Source: Chitinophagales bacterium
GTDB lineage: Bacteria; Bacteroidota; Bacteroidia; Chitinophagales; Chitinophagaceae
Length of the DNA: 64,000 bases
Direction: 5' to 3'
NCBI GenBank assembly: GCA_015655015.1
Contig: JAATFV010000248.1
Coordinates: 17,012 to 81,011, forward strand
Below the pieces are notes generated by a model that saw nothing but the letters and a program-made list of their open reading frames with translations, was not told where the DNA came from and did not search any database. The stretch's first letter is position 1; each line of letters begins with the position of its first letter. Positions 19,030 to 29,287 of this stretch are shown piece after piece. The translations under genes and the position numbers were made by a program.

Positions 19030-22000
19030 CTATTTAAATGATTCTTCTTCCGGTAATAAAGAGACGCTGTCAAAGGATGTCCGCTGCTGTATCCATCCAT
19101 ATACCAGGGGTACGATGAATAAGGCGGCAAAAGTGGAGGCCGCCAGCCCTCCTATCACGGCACGTCCCAGGGGCGCTGACTGATCCCCCGCCTCTCCCAA
19201 ACCGCTGGCCATCGGGATCATCCCTGCGATCATCGCCAGACTGGTCATCAGGATCGGACGGAGACGGATACTCGCCGCTACGGACGCCGCTTTGAAAGGA
19301 TCCCGGTATTCCAGCCGCAACGCCTCCGCATTCGTTACGATCAGGATAGCATTCGCTACAGACACCCCTACGGACATGATGATCCCCATATAAGACTGCA
19401 GGTTGAGGGTCGAACCCGTTGCCAGCAACAGCAGCATCGAGCCCAGCAATACCGCCGGGATCGTCGCCAGCACCGCCACAGACAACCCGAATGACTGGTA
19501 GTTGGCTGCCAGTATCAATAGGATCACGACAATCGCCGCCAGCAGCCCCCCCTGCAGAGAAGCAAGCGTCTCCGTCAGCAGCGAAGACATGCCTTTTATT
19601 TCCGCTACCAATCCCTTGGGAGGAGTTCCCATTTCTTCCATCACCTTTTGTACTGCCGCGGTGGCAGTACCCAGGTCCTTTTTATAGATATTGGCGCTCA
19701 CGGTGACAAACCTCCGCGGACCCGACCGGTCATATTCCCCCGGCAAAGAATCGATGGTGATCCCGGCAACATCGGACAACAACGGCCGCATCCTGCCGGG
19801 AACGACAGGAATGGACTTCAGCTGATCCAGGGAATTCATGATATACTCCGGGATCTGTATCTGCGCATTGTAGGTGTACTGCTTGGTATCATCCAGCCAG
19901 AGATTCTTCAGGGTATACCGGCTGCTGGCAGTGGCGTCGGAAATGCTTTTAGAAACATTATCGATGCTCAGCCCCATCTGCGCCAGCTTCTGCCGGTCCA
20001 TTTTTATCTGCAGGGTGGGCAGCTTGAGCGGCTGGGCCACCTGTACATCCCGCAAAAAAGGGATTTCCTTTAATTTCGCCACCAGCCGGGACGAATAATC
20101 TTCTATATCCTGCATGCTCTTGGCCGCCACCCGCACCTCCACAGGCGTGGATGCCCCCTGCGCCATCAGCTTTTCCGTTAATTCGATCGGCTCGAAAGAT
20201 AGCCGGACCGCAGGATATTTTTGCCCGATCTCCTGCCTTATCCTGTCCTTCAGTGCATCCATATCCGTTTTGTAGCTCTCGTCCAGCTGCACCTGTATCA
20301 CCGCTTCATGACTGCCGCTGTTGAAGACATATAAATTGCTGTGGCCATAGTTGGGAGACACCGTACCCACAAAGGCGGAAGAAATAGCGATATGCCCTTC
20401 CACCGTCCTGCCGATCATGTCCAGCATATCCTTTACTGCCCGCTCCGTTATTTCCAGCCGGGTGCCATCCGGCTCCCGGACACGCAATTGCAGCTGTCCG
20501 GCATTGGATTTCGGCAGCATGTCCTTGCCGATAACGCTCAGGCAGAGCGCTACAGCCGCCAATGCCAGCACCACGTAGCTGATCACGATCACTTTCCGCC
20601 GGGGCATCCATTTGTCCAGCTTGTGTAATAAATTCATCTTCAGCCGTTGAAAGATGCCATTTTCCTCTTTGTCCCGGTCGTCTTCCCGGTTATGATCAGC
20701 CACTTCCTGTACTTCCTCTTCATCCAATACCAGCCCCGCATGCGCATGGATGCCTTTGTGATGATACTGGAACATTTCTGCTTTCAGCAGCCAGTTGGCG
20801 ATGATCGGCACCAGGGTCTGGGCCGCCACATAAGAAATGATCATGGCGAATCCGATGGATAAGGACAAAGGCAGGAACATGGCCTTGGGCACCCCTTCCA
20901 TGACAAAAGAGGGCGCAAAGACCGCCAGTATGCATAAAAGGATCAGCAATAAAGGAAAGGAGATTTCCATACAGGCATCCAGGATGGCCTTCTTCTTCGG
21001 CTTATTCATCTCCAGGTGCTGATGAATATTCTCGATAGTCACCGTCGCCTGGTCCACCAGGACACCGATCGCCAGGGCAAGCCCGCTGAGCGTCATGATA
21101 TTGATCGTCTGCCCCGCCAGCTTGAGGAGCAGCACCGTGATCAGCACAGCTACGGGAATCGTAATGACCACCACCAGGCTGCTGCGCCAGTCCCGGAGAA
21201 AGAGCAATACCATCAATCCCGTCAATATTGCCCCAAGGATGCCCTCTGTCATAAGGCTTTTGGCGGCATTCATCACAAACACGCTCTGATCGAACTCGTA
21301 GCTCACCTGTACATCCTCCGGCAAAAGGCTTTGCATCTCCGGGATCTCTTTGCGGAGATCCTGCACCACATTCCAGGTAGAGGCCCCGGCCGTCTTGACG
21401 ATGGGAAAATAAACAGACCGTTTGCCATTGACAAGGGCGTAGTCCACCACGATGTCGGCGGCATCCTCCACTTTGGCGATATCCCTGGCCGTGATAGTAT
21501 TGATGCCATTGCTGACAATGGGGATATCCCCGAAGTCCTTTACCTTTTCCTCCTGGGAGTTAACGGTGGATAGATACATCGTACTATCGATCCGTATATT
21601 CCCCGAAGGCGTCATGGAATTGTTCTTGCCCAACGCCTCCACCACCTGCTCAGGAGAAAGATTGAACTCCCGTAGTTTTTGCGGGTCCACTTTTATGATC
21701 ACCGACCGGGCATTGGAACCAAAGGGAGGAGGAGCGGAAAGCCCCGTCACCTTCCCGAATAACGGACGGATCAGGGTGCCCGCCATATCGAAGATGTCAT
21801 TGAGCGACCGGGTCTTGCTGCTGAACACCAGTTCTCCGACCGGCAGAGAGCTTGCGTCAAAACGGACTACTTCCGGAGGCAGGGCCCCGGGCGGAAAAAA
21901 AGACATACACCGATTCACCTGGATGGCGACTTCGGCGGATGCCTCTGCCATATCCGTCCCTTCATAAAAACTCAATTTTATCAGCGTCAGTCCCTGCGTA

Positions 22001-22245
22001 TTCTTACATTCTATATTCTTTACCCCGTCTATATAGAGGAAGTGATCCTGCATACGGGTCGAGAAAAAACCTTCCATCTGCTTCGCCGACATCCCCCCAT
22101 ACTGCTGGATAACATAAATGGTGGGCAGGTTGAGCTTGGGAAATATATCGATGGGGATCGTCCTTACTGCCATTACCGAGAATAACAGAAGGCCTATGAA
22201 GATCACCAGGATTGTAACGGGCCTTTTTAGTGCTGTCCGTACCAT
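19030..22245 (-). CDS. RND efflux permease (AcrB/CusA superfamily)
   Basis: 1071 aa; PIDIFP, INIMTLSGLALAIGVLVD, RLRPILMT. Confidence 0.96.
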   Translation of the reverse strand: MVRTALKRPVTILVIFIGLLLFSVMAVRTIPIDIFPKLNLPTIYVIQQYGGMSAKQMEGFFSTRMQDHFLYIDGVKNIECKNTQGLTLIKLSFYEGTDMAEASAEVAIQVNRCMSFFPPGALPPEVVRFDASSLPVGELVFSSKTRSLNDIFDMAGTLIRPLFGKVTGLSAPPPFGSNARSVIIKVDPQKLREFNLSPEQVVEALGKNNSMTPSGNIRIDSTMYLSTVNSQEEKVKDFGDIPIVSNGINTITARDIAKVEDAADIVVDYALVNGKRSVYFPIVKTAGASTWNVVQDLRKEIPEMQSLLPEDVQVSYEFDQSVFVMNAAKSLMTEGILGAILTGLMVLLFLRDWRSSLVVVITIPVAVLITVLLLKLAGQTINIMTLSGLALAIGVLVDQATVTIENIHQHLEMNKPKKKAILDACMEISFPLLLILLCILAVFAPSFVMEGVPKAMFLPLSLSIGFAMIISYVAAQTLVPIIANWLLKAEMFQYHHKGIHAHAGLVLDEEEVQEVADHNREDDRDKEENGIFQRLKMNLLHKLDKWMPRRKVIVISYVVLALAAVALCLSVIGKDMLPKSNAGQLQLRVREPDGTRLEITERAVKDMLDMIGRTVEGHIAISSAFVGTVSPNYGHSNLYVFNSGSHEAVIQVQLDESYKTDMDALKDRIRQEIGQKYPAVRLSFEPIELTEKLMAQGASTPVEVRVAAKSMQDIEDYSSRLVAKLKEIPFLRDVQVAQPLKLPTLQIKMDRQKLAQMGLSIDNVSKSISDATASSRYTLKNLWLDDTKQYTYNAQIQIPEYIMNSLDQLKSIPVVPGRMRPLLSDVAGITIDSLPGEYDRSGPRRFVTVSANIYKKDLGTATAAVQKVMEEMGTPPKGLVAEIKGMSSLLTETLASLQGGLLAAIVVILLILAANYQSFGLSVAVLATIPAVLLGSMLLLLATGSTLNLQSYMGIIMSVGVSVANAILIVTNAEALRLEYRDPFKAASVAASIRLRPILMTSLAMIAGMIPMASGLGEAGDQSAPLGRAVIGGLAASTFAALFIVPLVYGWIQQRTSFDSVSLLPEEESFK

Positions 22246-22250
22246 ACTGT

Positions 22251-23681
22251 TTATTTTAGGGTTTGAATAAATTGGTCCAGCGTACCGGTGGCGGCAGCTT
22301 TATCCAGGCTCGCCGTATACCACTCATTCAGCGTTTCGATATAAGCTGACTGGGCCTGGTATAGCTCAAAAGAGGCATTGGAGAGATCTACCAGGTTGAT
22401 GATACCGGCCTTGTATTGCGCCAGCTTCTGATGATAGGCATCCGTTGCCGCCTGCAGCTGCGTCGGCAGCTCAGCCAGGTTCTTCCGGGCGATCCGGATG
22501 GATTCATCAGCCTGTATTTCCTCATTACGGAGGGATTGTTCCTGTTGCTGCAGGGCATATTCCGCAGCAGTGACCTGGTAGCCTGCAACAGCCAGCCGGT
22601 CCTTTCTGCGTACCCCGTTGAACAGGTCGTAGGTTAGTCCCAGCCCCGCCGTATAATTGAGCCGTTGATAACCGATCCCTTCTCCCAGAGACTTGTAATC
22701 ATTACTGTATTGGATGCTCGATCCCCTGGCCCAGCCGCCGGCGCCAACTATTACTTTGGGCAGATAGCTCTTTCGGATCAGCTCTTCTTCAGCATGGTAT
22801 TGCAGCTTCTGTTTCGTATAATAATCGTACAGGGGATTGTTGACAGAATCTCTTACATCTCCTCCAAAGACAGGCGGCAATCCATTCATCAGTCCCATTC
22901 GGTCCATCCCCTCTTCCTTCCCGCCTGCCGTATCTCCCCCGATCTGCGGGTCCGCAATACCGGTCAGATAAGCCAGCTGCTGCTGCAGCCGTAACAAGAT
23001 GCCCGACGCCTGGTTATAATTCACCCTTGTCCTGGACAACCCCGCCCTGGCGAGAGAGGAGTCTACCCCGGCATTGATACCGGTACTGGTAAGGGCGCTG
23101 CTGATCGTATACATGGATTGATAACGGCGGATATCTTCTTCGTCCACAGCCAGCTGATAACGGCTCTTCAGGATTTCAAAATAGACCTTGCCGATCTGCC
23201 ACTTCACCAGGTATAACTCCCTGGCAAGATCCGCCCTCTGCAAGCCGGCAAAGGCCCTGGCGCTGCCTACCTTTGCCCCGCGCAACCCAAAATTCACCAG
23301 TTCGTACTCCCCGTAAACAGAAGCGATATTGCTGGTAGCAGCCTGATAGTTATTGGCAGCGGTGACACCTCCGGAAATAGCATGCATGACCCCGGGGACA
23401 GGAAGGAAAGATCCCGTAAGGTCGTTCGCCGTACCGATGGACAATTCTTCAACGACATTCACTTTGGGTAGAAAAGCATGCTGAGCCTCCGTGATCCCCG
23501 CTTCAGCGCTGCTGACCAGCGCCTGCTTTTGTAATAATACAGGCAGATGATGCCTGGCCGAATCCACCAGGTCTGCCAGCGAATAAACAGGATTCTTTTG
23601 TGCTAATACAGGAATGACCGGCATCATAAGCATAGCTGCCCACAAGAGGATGCCGGCTGTTCTTTTGCACGAAACAGCCAT
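22251..23681 (-). CDS. TolC-family outer-membrane efflux protein
   Basis: Signal peptide, helical repeats, YKAGIINLVDL; first gene of the RND operon. Confidence 0.9.
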   Translation of the reverse strand: MAVSCKRTAGILLWAAMLMMPVIPVLAQKNPVYSLADLVDSARHHLPVLLQKQALVSSAEAGITEAQHAFLPKVNVVEELSIGTANDLTGSFLPVPGVMHAISGGVTAANNYQAATSNIASVYGEYELVNFGLRGAKVGSARAFAGLQRADLARELYLVKWQIGKVYFEILKSRYQLAVDEEDIRRYQSMYTISSALTSTGINAGVDSSLARAGLSRTRVNYNQASGILLRLQQQLAYLTGIADPQIGGDTAGGKEEGMDRMGLMNGLPPVFGGDVRDSVNNPLYDYYTKQKLQYHAEEELIRKSYLPKVIVGAGGWARGSSIQYSNDYKSLGEGIGYQRLNYTAGLGLTYDLFNGVRRKDRLAVAGYQVTAAEYALQQQEQSLRNEEIQADESIRIARKNLAELPTQLQAATDAYHQKLAQYKAGIINLVDLSNASFELYQAQSAYIETLNEWYTASLDKAAATGTLDQFIQTLK

Positions 23682-23739
23682 AATAAACAATATTTAAAAT
23701 GAGTAAAGCCTAACCGGAACAGGCAGCAATCGAAAGAGG

Positions 23740-24258
23740 TTAGGCAGCGGGAGGACCCCGGAGAGAATTTATAGTGCGGTCAAAGGACTTGACAGCCTGG
23801 TCACAAACAGTACATTTTCTTTTGAATTCAGCGTAGGTAAGTAAGGTCAGTAAGGAATCGGAAAGGGTCGCCTGTACAGGATACCGGCCCTGAAATCGTT
23901 TATCCAGGCTCAGATGGGAACTGTCCTGGCGGGTTGTCTTATATGCAATAAGCCGAACGGCCTTGCCCTGATGTAAAGGTTTTCCGGGAGTTCGGCTCTT
24001 TTCGCCCTTTACCTTCGAAGAAAGAGTGGAAGCTTTTATTTCTGTAGAAGCATGGTTCGCTTTAAATTCCGGAGAAATAGTTTTAGCTGCGGCCATAAGG
24101 CTCTCAGTTGCCGTGCCAGCCTGGCTTTGGCCATAGACGTAAAAATTGGCGATAGAATAAAACCGCCCATTGATCTGCGCGGCGAAAAGAAACAGGTAAA
24201 CTGTCGCCAGCAGGAATTTAATAATCCCCCTTTTATATTTTCTTTTTACCAGGGTCAT
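23740..24258 (-). CDS. Upstream ORF with N-terminal hydrophobic segment and C-terminal RGPP (candidate arrest peptide 1)
   Basis: LFLFAAQIN segment; ends SLRGPPAA-stop about 58 nt before tolC. Confidence 0.75.
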   Translation of the reverse strand: MTLVKRKYKRGIIKFLLATVYLFLFAAQINGRFYSIANFYVYGQSQAGTATESLMAAAKTISPEFKANHASTEIKASTLSSKVKGEKSRTPGKPLHQGKAVRLIAYKTTRQDSSHLSLDKRFQGRYPVQATLSDSLLTLLTYAEFKRKCTVCDQAVKSFDRTINSLRGPPAA

Positions 24259-24280
24259 AATAACAGACCCTAAAGATAAT

Positions 24281-24330
24281 GAAAAAAGTAGTATCTGGAA
24301 GTTGCCTGTACAGGCAACTTCCAGATACTA
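24281..24330 (-). terminator. Perfect 42-bp palindrome, probable terminator of PepSY-like paralog 2
   Basis: TAGTATCTGGAAGTTGCCTGT|ACAGGCAACTTCCAGATACTA (24289-24330), then CTTTTTTC on the minus strand. Confidence 0.75.
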
Positions 24331-24331
24331 T

Positions 24332-24808
24332 TTATATCCGGTCCTTCCTGACCAGCTCGCCCTCGCCCGTGAAGGTCAGGACATGATCTTCCTTAAAGGC
24401 ATCATGCTTCTCGGAGCTCAGCAGGGTTCCATTATTCACATGCAGCACATACAGCGGCCGCTCCGGAGTTTCGATCTTCTTTATATTATGTACATACCAG
24501 TTAACATAACCGCTGTTATGCCACCCCTTCTGCACATTCTCGGGAAGATGCCGGGTCCATTTTACCCGTGACTCCGTTCCCTTCCAGTTCCCTTCAGGAG
24601 AATAATACGCAAAATATTTTTTCCCGTCCCGGGTGAACTTTGCTATATACCCTTCCTTCCTGGTCTCCCATTTCTTTAATTCACTGCCCGGGAACTTTGC
24701 CGAAAAAGCCGTCACGACCTCTTTGGGAACAGCCGGGCTTTCTTTTCTCTGGGCCATAACACTTTGAGCAAGGATCATCGATGCGATAACTACAAATAAA
24801 TTTTTCAT
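24332..24808 (-). CDS. Periplasmic PepSY/BLIP-like protein (paralog 2)
   Basis: Closely similar to 17269..17841 (shared PLYVLHVNNGTLL...HDAF); start MKNLFV. Confidence 0.85.
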   Translation of the reverse strand: MKNLFVVIASMILAQSVMAQRKESPAVPKEVVTAFSAKFPGSELKKWETRKEGYIAKFTRDGKKYFAYYSPEGNWKGTESRVKWTRHLPENVQKGWHNSGYVNWYVHNIKKIETPERPLYVLHVNNGTLLSSEKHDAFKEDHVLTFTGEGELVRKDRI

Positions 24809-24927
24809 TCTTTTATTTTTAAGAATTAATATCATATGAATATGCGGGTGGGTACACGGCATAACTCCCGAAAGACTACTATATATAATCGGAAGAACGA
24901 TGCCTGTCGATAAATTTTGACGGCAAC

Positions 24928-25254
24928 TCAGGCGCAGGGAGGACCCCTGGGAGAAGTTTGAATGCGATTGACAAAAGACAGAGGTTGATCAGGACTAAGG
25001 AATATCCGCTGGATCAAGGCCGGATATAATTCAGCCTGCACCTCTTTTTTATAGACCGGCAAATGCTCCGTTCCAAACAAGCTGGCCGAGGAAACTACCC
25101 GGGCAACAATGGAAACAGGATCTTTGACGTCCGCCGAAGGATCGGCAGGTATATAATATTGACTATTTAGCTGAACGGCAAATAAAAAGAAGCAGATCAC
25201 CCCGGAAAGGGAGGTAAAGATCTTATTGATATGACTTCTTTTTATCGGTAACAT
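24928..25254 (-). CDS. Upstream ORF with N-terminal hydrophobic segment and C-terminal RGPP (candidate arrest peptide 2)
   Basis: FFLFAVQLN segment; ends SPRGPPCA-stop; paralogous to 23740..24258. Confidence 0.72.
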   Translation of the reverse strand: MLPIKRSHINKIFTSLSGVICFFLFAVQLNSQYYIPADPSADVKDPVSIVARVVSSASLFGTEHLPVYKKEVQAELYPALIQRIFLSPDQPLSFVNRIQTSPRGPPCA

Positions 25255-25353
25255 AATGATAGATTAAAGATAACCAATGATTCTCTAAGAAAACCTTAAA
25301 GTGTCCTTTGCCAGAACTAAATTACCCCCGGAACCAAATATTAACTTTTTACT

Positions 25354-26559
25354 CTAATTCCTAGCCGGTACGATAGCTATTATTGCCGCACAAAAAACCC
25401 TTATCTCTTCTTCGGTATTATAATAATGCAGGGATGCCCTGACCGTGCTGCTAAGGTGGTGTTTATCCATATAGATCGGGGTTGAGCCGGCTTTCCCGAC
25501 AGAGACATTGATCTGTTTTTCTGCCAGCTTTTCTTTTACAAAGGAAGGTTCTTTCCCATTCACCGAAAAAGTGACGATCCCGCATTGCAGGTAGCCACCG
25601 TCATGAACGGTTATTCCTTCCATGCCTCCCAGTTGTTGCCGCAGCAAAAACGCCAATTGCTGTATCCGCTGCCACACCCTGTCCACTCCGATGTTCAGGA
25701 CATAGTCCACTGCCTTGCCCAGCCCCAGCGTAAGGGCCCGGTTCTTTTCATACAGCTCAAATCGCCGGGCATCTTTTCTTATCGAGAAATCATCCTGGCT
25801 GATCACCTCGACGCTATGCCCATCCATGAATATCGGGTTCAACCGGTCCTGTACGTCCCTCCGTACATATAAAAAACCTGTCCCCCTTGGCCCCCGCAAA
25901 AACTTGCGGCCAGTCACGGAAAGCATATCGCAGCTGATCTCCTTCACATCGATCGGCATCTGCCCGGCTGTCTGGCAGGCATCCACCAAATATAGAATAG
26001 GGTGCTTACGGGCTATCTTGCCTATTTCAGCGATCGGGAGCACATTTCCGGCATTGGAAGGAATATGCGTAATGGCGATCAGTTTGGTTTGCGGGGATAT
26101 GACGGCTTCCAGGGCCCGCAGGGAAAAGTTGCCGGAATCATCATTGGGAACTACCCTGATCTCCACCCCATGTTTTTTCTTTGCATTCAGAAAACCCAGC
26201 AGGTTGGTGGCATACTCCATTTCCGAAGTTATGATCACATCCCCTTTTTCAAAAGCGATCCCGTTAAAGGCCAATCCCCAGGCAAAACTCGCATTTTCGA
26301 CAAGGGCCACTTCGTCCTTACCGGCATTGATCAATCGGGCAATGGACTCATACACGGCTTCCAGCTGCCCGTTGTATTTATCCTCGGTCTCATATCCGCC
26401 ATAAAGGGCCTCCTCCTGTAAATAGCTGATAACGGTTTCGACCACCACATCGGGTGGCAGAGAGGCGCCCGCATTGTTAAAATGTATCCGTCCGGCCGTG
26501 CCCCTGGTTTCAGCCCTGAATTGTTGTATCTCCTGTTCGCTGAAGGTGGTAACTTCCAT
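25354..26559 (-). CDS. Class V aminotransferase-fold PLP enzyme (desulfurase/C-S lyase-like)
   Basis: HFNNAGAS, VDACQTAG, TGRKFLRGPRGTG, VRASLHYYNT; lacks the RxGHHC cysteine motif of SufS. Confidence 0.9.
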   Translation of the reverse strand: MEVTTFSEQEIQQFRAETRGTAGRIHFNNAGASLPPDVVVETVISYLQEEALYGGYETEDKYNGQLEAVYESIARLINAGKDEVALVENASFAWGLAFNGIAFEKGDVIITSEMEYATNLLGFLNAKKKHGVEIRVVPNDDSGNFSLRALEAVISPQTKLIAITHIPSNAGNVLPIAEIGKIARKHPILYLVDACQTAGQMPIDVKEISCDMLSVTGRKFLRGPRGTGFLYVRRDVQDRLNPIFMDGHSVEVISQDDFSIRKDARRFELYEKNRALTLGLGKAVDYVLNIGVDRVWQRIQQLAFLLRQQLGGMEGITVHDGGYLQCGIVTFSVNGKEPSFVKEKLAEKQINVSVGKAGSTPIYMDKHHLSSTVRASLHYYNTEEEIRVFCAAIIAIVPARN

Positions 26560-26690
26560 GGTATCTGGTTGAATGAAACAAAGTAACAGAATCAATGCAT
26601 GAACAGCGTCAGAATTGCCCTCAAAAAAAACTGCTGTCCCGGCCAGGCATCAAATCTACTCCGTTACAGGCCCTGCCGTACGCGCATCCG

Positions 26691-27998
26691 CTACGGAAAA
26701 GCCTTTTTGATCGCCTCCAGCGACACCCCCAGCAACCGGGTGCAGATGCGGTCCAAAGCAGGCTCATCCCCCGTAAAATGAAACACCGCGTGCTGGTGTG
26801 ACAGGGATTTCCCCGGCGCCAAAAAAGCGGCAGGCGAGACACTCTCGATCTCATAGAAAGGCCCCATTTGGGTCCCATCCGCCAGGGGGCCATCGTTGTA
26901 GGCGTTCACCGCATCCCCGCTGAAAGGCGGTTTAATAGTCTTCCATTCCTGGTTAAGATATTTCCCGGACGAATCCAATTCAAATAAGGTTACCGTCAGC
27001 ACTTTATTCAGTGCATCATAACTTCCGATCATGGGCTTCGCCTTTAGCGGGTGAATGCCCAGCTTGCCCCTGCTTTTTCCATCGGCTTTGAAGAAGAGCG
27101 TCCCCTGATCGTATTTGATCCGGTCGGCAGGGATCTCACCGAAATAGTCAGTAGTGGCGACACTACTGCCGGTTGCCGCTCCCCTCTTGCCCGCACGATC
27201 CCCCTTATCTGAATGCCCCTCCTTATAAGGAATAACGATCACCGTTGCAGGAGAAGGGTTGAACATATCCAGCATCCAGATACAGGGCATCCCCGTCTTC
27301 TCCGTCCATTCCTGCTCTCCGTTATTGGTGAGCGTGTTAATGGTCTGGTAGCCCACTGCTTTGACAGCGGGATCCGGGGACAAATGCAACAGCCCGTCGA
27401 TGGCCTGCCGGCTGAGAATGGAAATATTCCTTCCAACGGAGAGGACCAGTCGGGTGCCGGCATAGTTCGCCAGCTGCATATCTTTATGCAGGCTGACGGA
27501 CTGCTCATTCAGAGCGGTTACTTTCCAGGCCTCCGTGTCGAAAGCGGCAGGCGTCTTCCAATTATTGAATACCATCTCAGAATCCTTCGGAAAGAACAAA
27601 GAGAACTTCCCACCTTCAGGTCCGAGCCAGATACGGTTCTCTCCTCCATAACCATTCATGTGAGCATCCTCCGGCCCCGAAAAAGCTTTATAATGGATCC
27701 ATCCAAAGCTTAGTCCTTCTTTTCCGTCTGCCGTAGAAGTGAACACTTTTGCCTGGTACTTAGCAGATACGATCACCTGTGCAGCTCCCTGATCGCTCTG
27801 CAGAACGATCACGCTGTCGTGTTGCTGTAAGAAATGAAGGTCGTATCCGAAAGAGCCCTGTTTGTAGAGAGCAGAGCTGTCTGCCGGACGTTGGGAGCTG
27901 TCCCCCTTTGACGCAGAGGGTTTAGTAGCAGGATTGTCATTACAGGATGCGGCGAGCATAGTGCTGATCAGTATTATTTTAAAAGAAATTCTGTTCAT
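26691..27998 (-). CDS. DUF6786-like lipoprotein
   Basis: Lipobox LAASC; GGENRIWLGPEGG, YNDGP...GPFYEIESVSP. Confidence 0.75.
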   Translation of the reverse strand: MNRISFKIILISTMLAASCNDNPATKPSASKGDSSQRPADSSALYKQGSFGYDLHFLQQHDSVIVLQSDQGAAQVIVSAKYQAKVFTSTADGKEGLSFGWIHYKAFSGPEDAHMNGYGGENRIWLGPEGGKFSLFFPKDSEMVFNNWKTPAAFDTEAWKVTALNEQSVSLHKDMQLANYAGTRLVLSVGRNISILSRQAIDGLLHLSPDPAVKAVGYQTINTLTNNGEQEWTEKTGMPCIWMLDMFNPSPATVIVIPYKEGHSDKGDRAGKRGAATGSSVATTDYFGEIPADRIKYDQGTLFFKADGKSRGKLGIHPLKAKPMIGSYDALNKVLTVTLFELDSSGKYLNQEWKTIKPPFSGDAVNAYNDGPLADGTQMGPFYEIESVSPAAFLAPGKSLSHQHAVFHFTGDEPALDRICTRLLGVSLEAIKKAFP

Positions 27999-28029
27999 AT
28001 GTATGGTAATGTTTTGAAAAATCCCCGTC

Positions 28030-29208
28030 TCAGTTCACCTCCAGTTCATCCTTCGACGGTAATTTACGAAAAGTCGTATGCGGCTCCGCCTGGTACCAGA
28101 ACACCGTCGAGGCAATATCGTCCTGTAACGGGAGATAACGTCCTCCATCCCTCCAGCCCAACGCCTGTATGGTCACTTTCAGGCTCTTTTCAAAACGGAT
28201 AGGATCGGTGATATGCCAGCGATAAAGGCCAAAACGTTGCGCCGTATTATAATGCCCATCCCCTCTTATCACCTGGGGCAGGCCTGAATAAGGCGTCGAA
28301 AATTCTGTATAATCGGTTTCCGTCACCCCGGCCGCATTTTTCTTCTTCGTATCGAAATCATAGGAGCCGCAGAAATAATCTTCCGTGCCGGTGCCGCAGA
28401 TCGTGGGATAGTCTGTATCTCCGTCCATATAGAACTTTATTTCACCCTCTCCCCACCATCCATTGTTATGCACTCCCCAGGCCATATACGTACCCACATA
28501 CTGCCCCTTCCCTTTAATACTGTCCACCAGGACATAATTCGCCTTATACGGCAGCGGATTGACCCTTCGGAACTGCGCGTGGAAATAAGCCGCGTCGGAA
28601 GGAACTTCCGTCAGGATATAATCCACCTGGTAATACAAGGTCATATCTTTTGTGTCGATATTCTCCATCGTTATCTTACATTTCTTCCGGAAAGGCATTG
28701 GCCAGTAGCAGTTAAAAGCGCTACCCGGATTGACACACACCGCCAGGGATTGCAAAGGAGCATACTGCCCCCATCCCATCCCGAAAAAATCACCGACAGG
28801 AACTTCCACGGAAGGCGTCGTCTCGTCATCCCAGTAACAGCGCAGGATGGAGAACCTCCAGTTGCCGGTAGGGGTCATCCAGATATGCTGGATGGAGCCG
28901 CCGCCATCGATCTCGGCAACGGTGAAAGTTGTTTTTGCTTTGATGACTACGCTGGGGCTGACCTTCCAGCCGGTACCCAGGTCCCTGGAAGGGCCCGCCC
29001 CGGTGCCCGTTGTAGCTTTACCGCCTTCCCCTTTCCCCCCGTTATAGTTTTCAGGGCTGATCGAACGGGTTTTGGCATCGGAAAGCCGGAAAATATTCCC
29101 CAGGTTAGCCTCGATACCATTGAACTTTGACGGTTGCTGTGCAGAGAGGGTGCCTGCCATGACCAGGCAGACCAGGATAAAACAAACCGGGATCGTTGTT
29201 TTCTTCAT
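28030..29208 (-). CDS. Glycoside hydrolase family 172 (DUF2961)
   Basis: RSISPEN, PVGDFFG, WWGEGEIKFY, GTGTEDYF, YRWHITDPI. Confidence 0.9.
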   Translation of the reverse strand: MKKTTIPVCFILVCLVMAGTLSAQQPSKFNGIEANLGNIFRLSDAKTRSISPENYNGGKGEGGKATTGTGAGPSRDLGTGWKVSPSVVIKAKTTFTVAEIDGGGSIQHIWMTPTGNWRFSILRCYWDDETTPSVEVPVGDFFGMGWGQYAPLQSLAVCVNPGSAFNCYWPMPFRKKCKITMENIDTKDMTLYYQVDYILTEVPSDAAYFHAQFRRVNPLPYKANYVLVDSIKGKGQYVGTYMAWGVHNNGWWGEGEIKFYMDGDTDYPTICGTGTEDYFCGSYDFDTKKKNAAGVTETDYTEFSTPYSGLPQVIRGDGHYNTAQRFGLYRWHITDPIRFEKSLKVTIQALGWRDGGRYLPLQDDIASTVFWYQAEPHTTFRKLPSKDELEVN

Positions 29209-29287
29209 AATGGCTGATTTAAAACGACTGTTATATCAATAGTTGTTCTAAGATAAGACCTTATCCTTAATAAATCAGCCGGCCACT

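Noticed and set aside
25354-26559. Calling the PLP enzyme sufS or iscS
   Set aside because: Catalytic cysteine motif absent and no suf/isc context.
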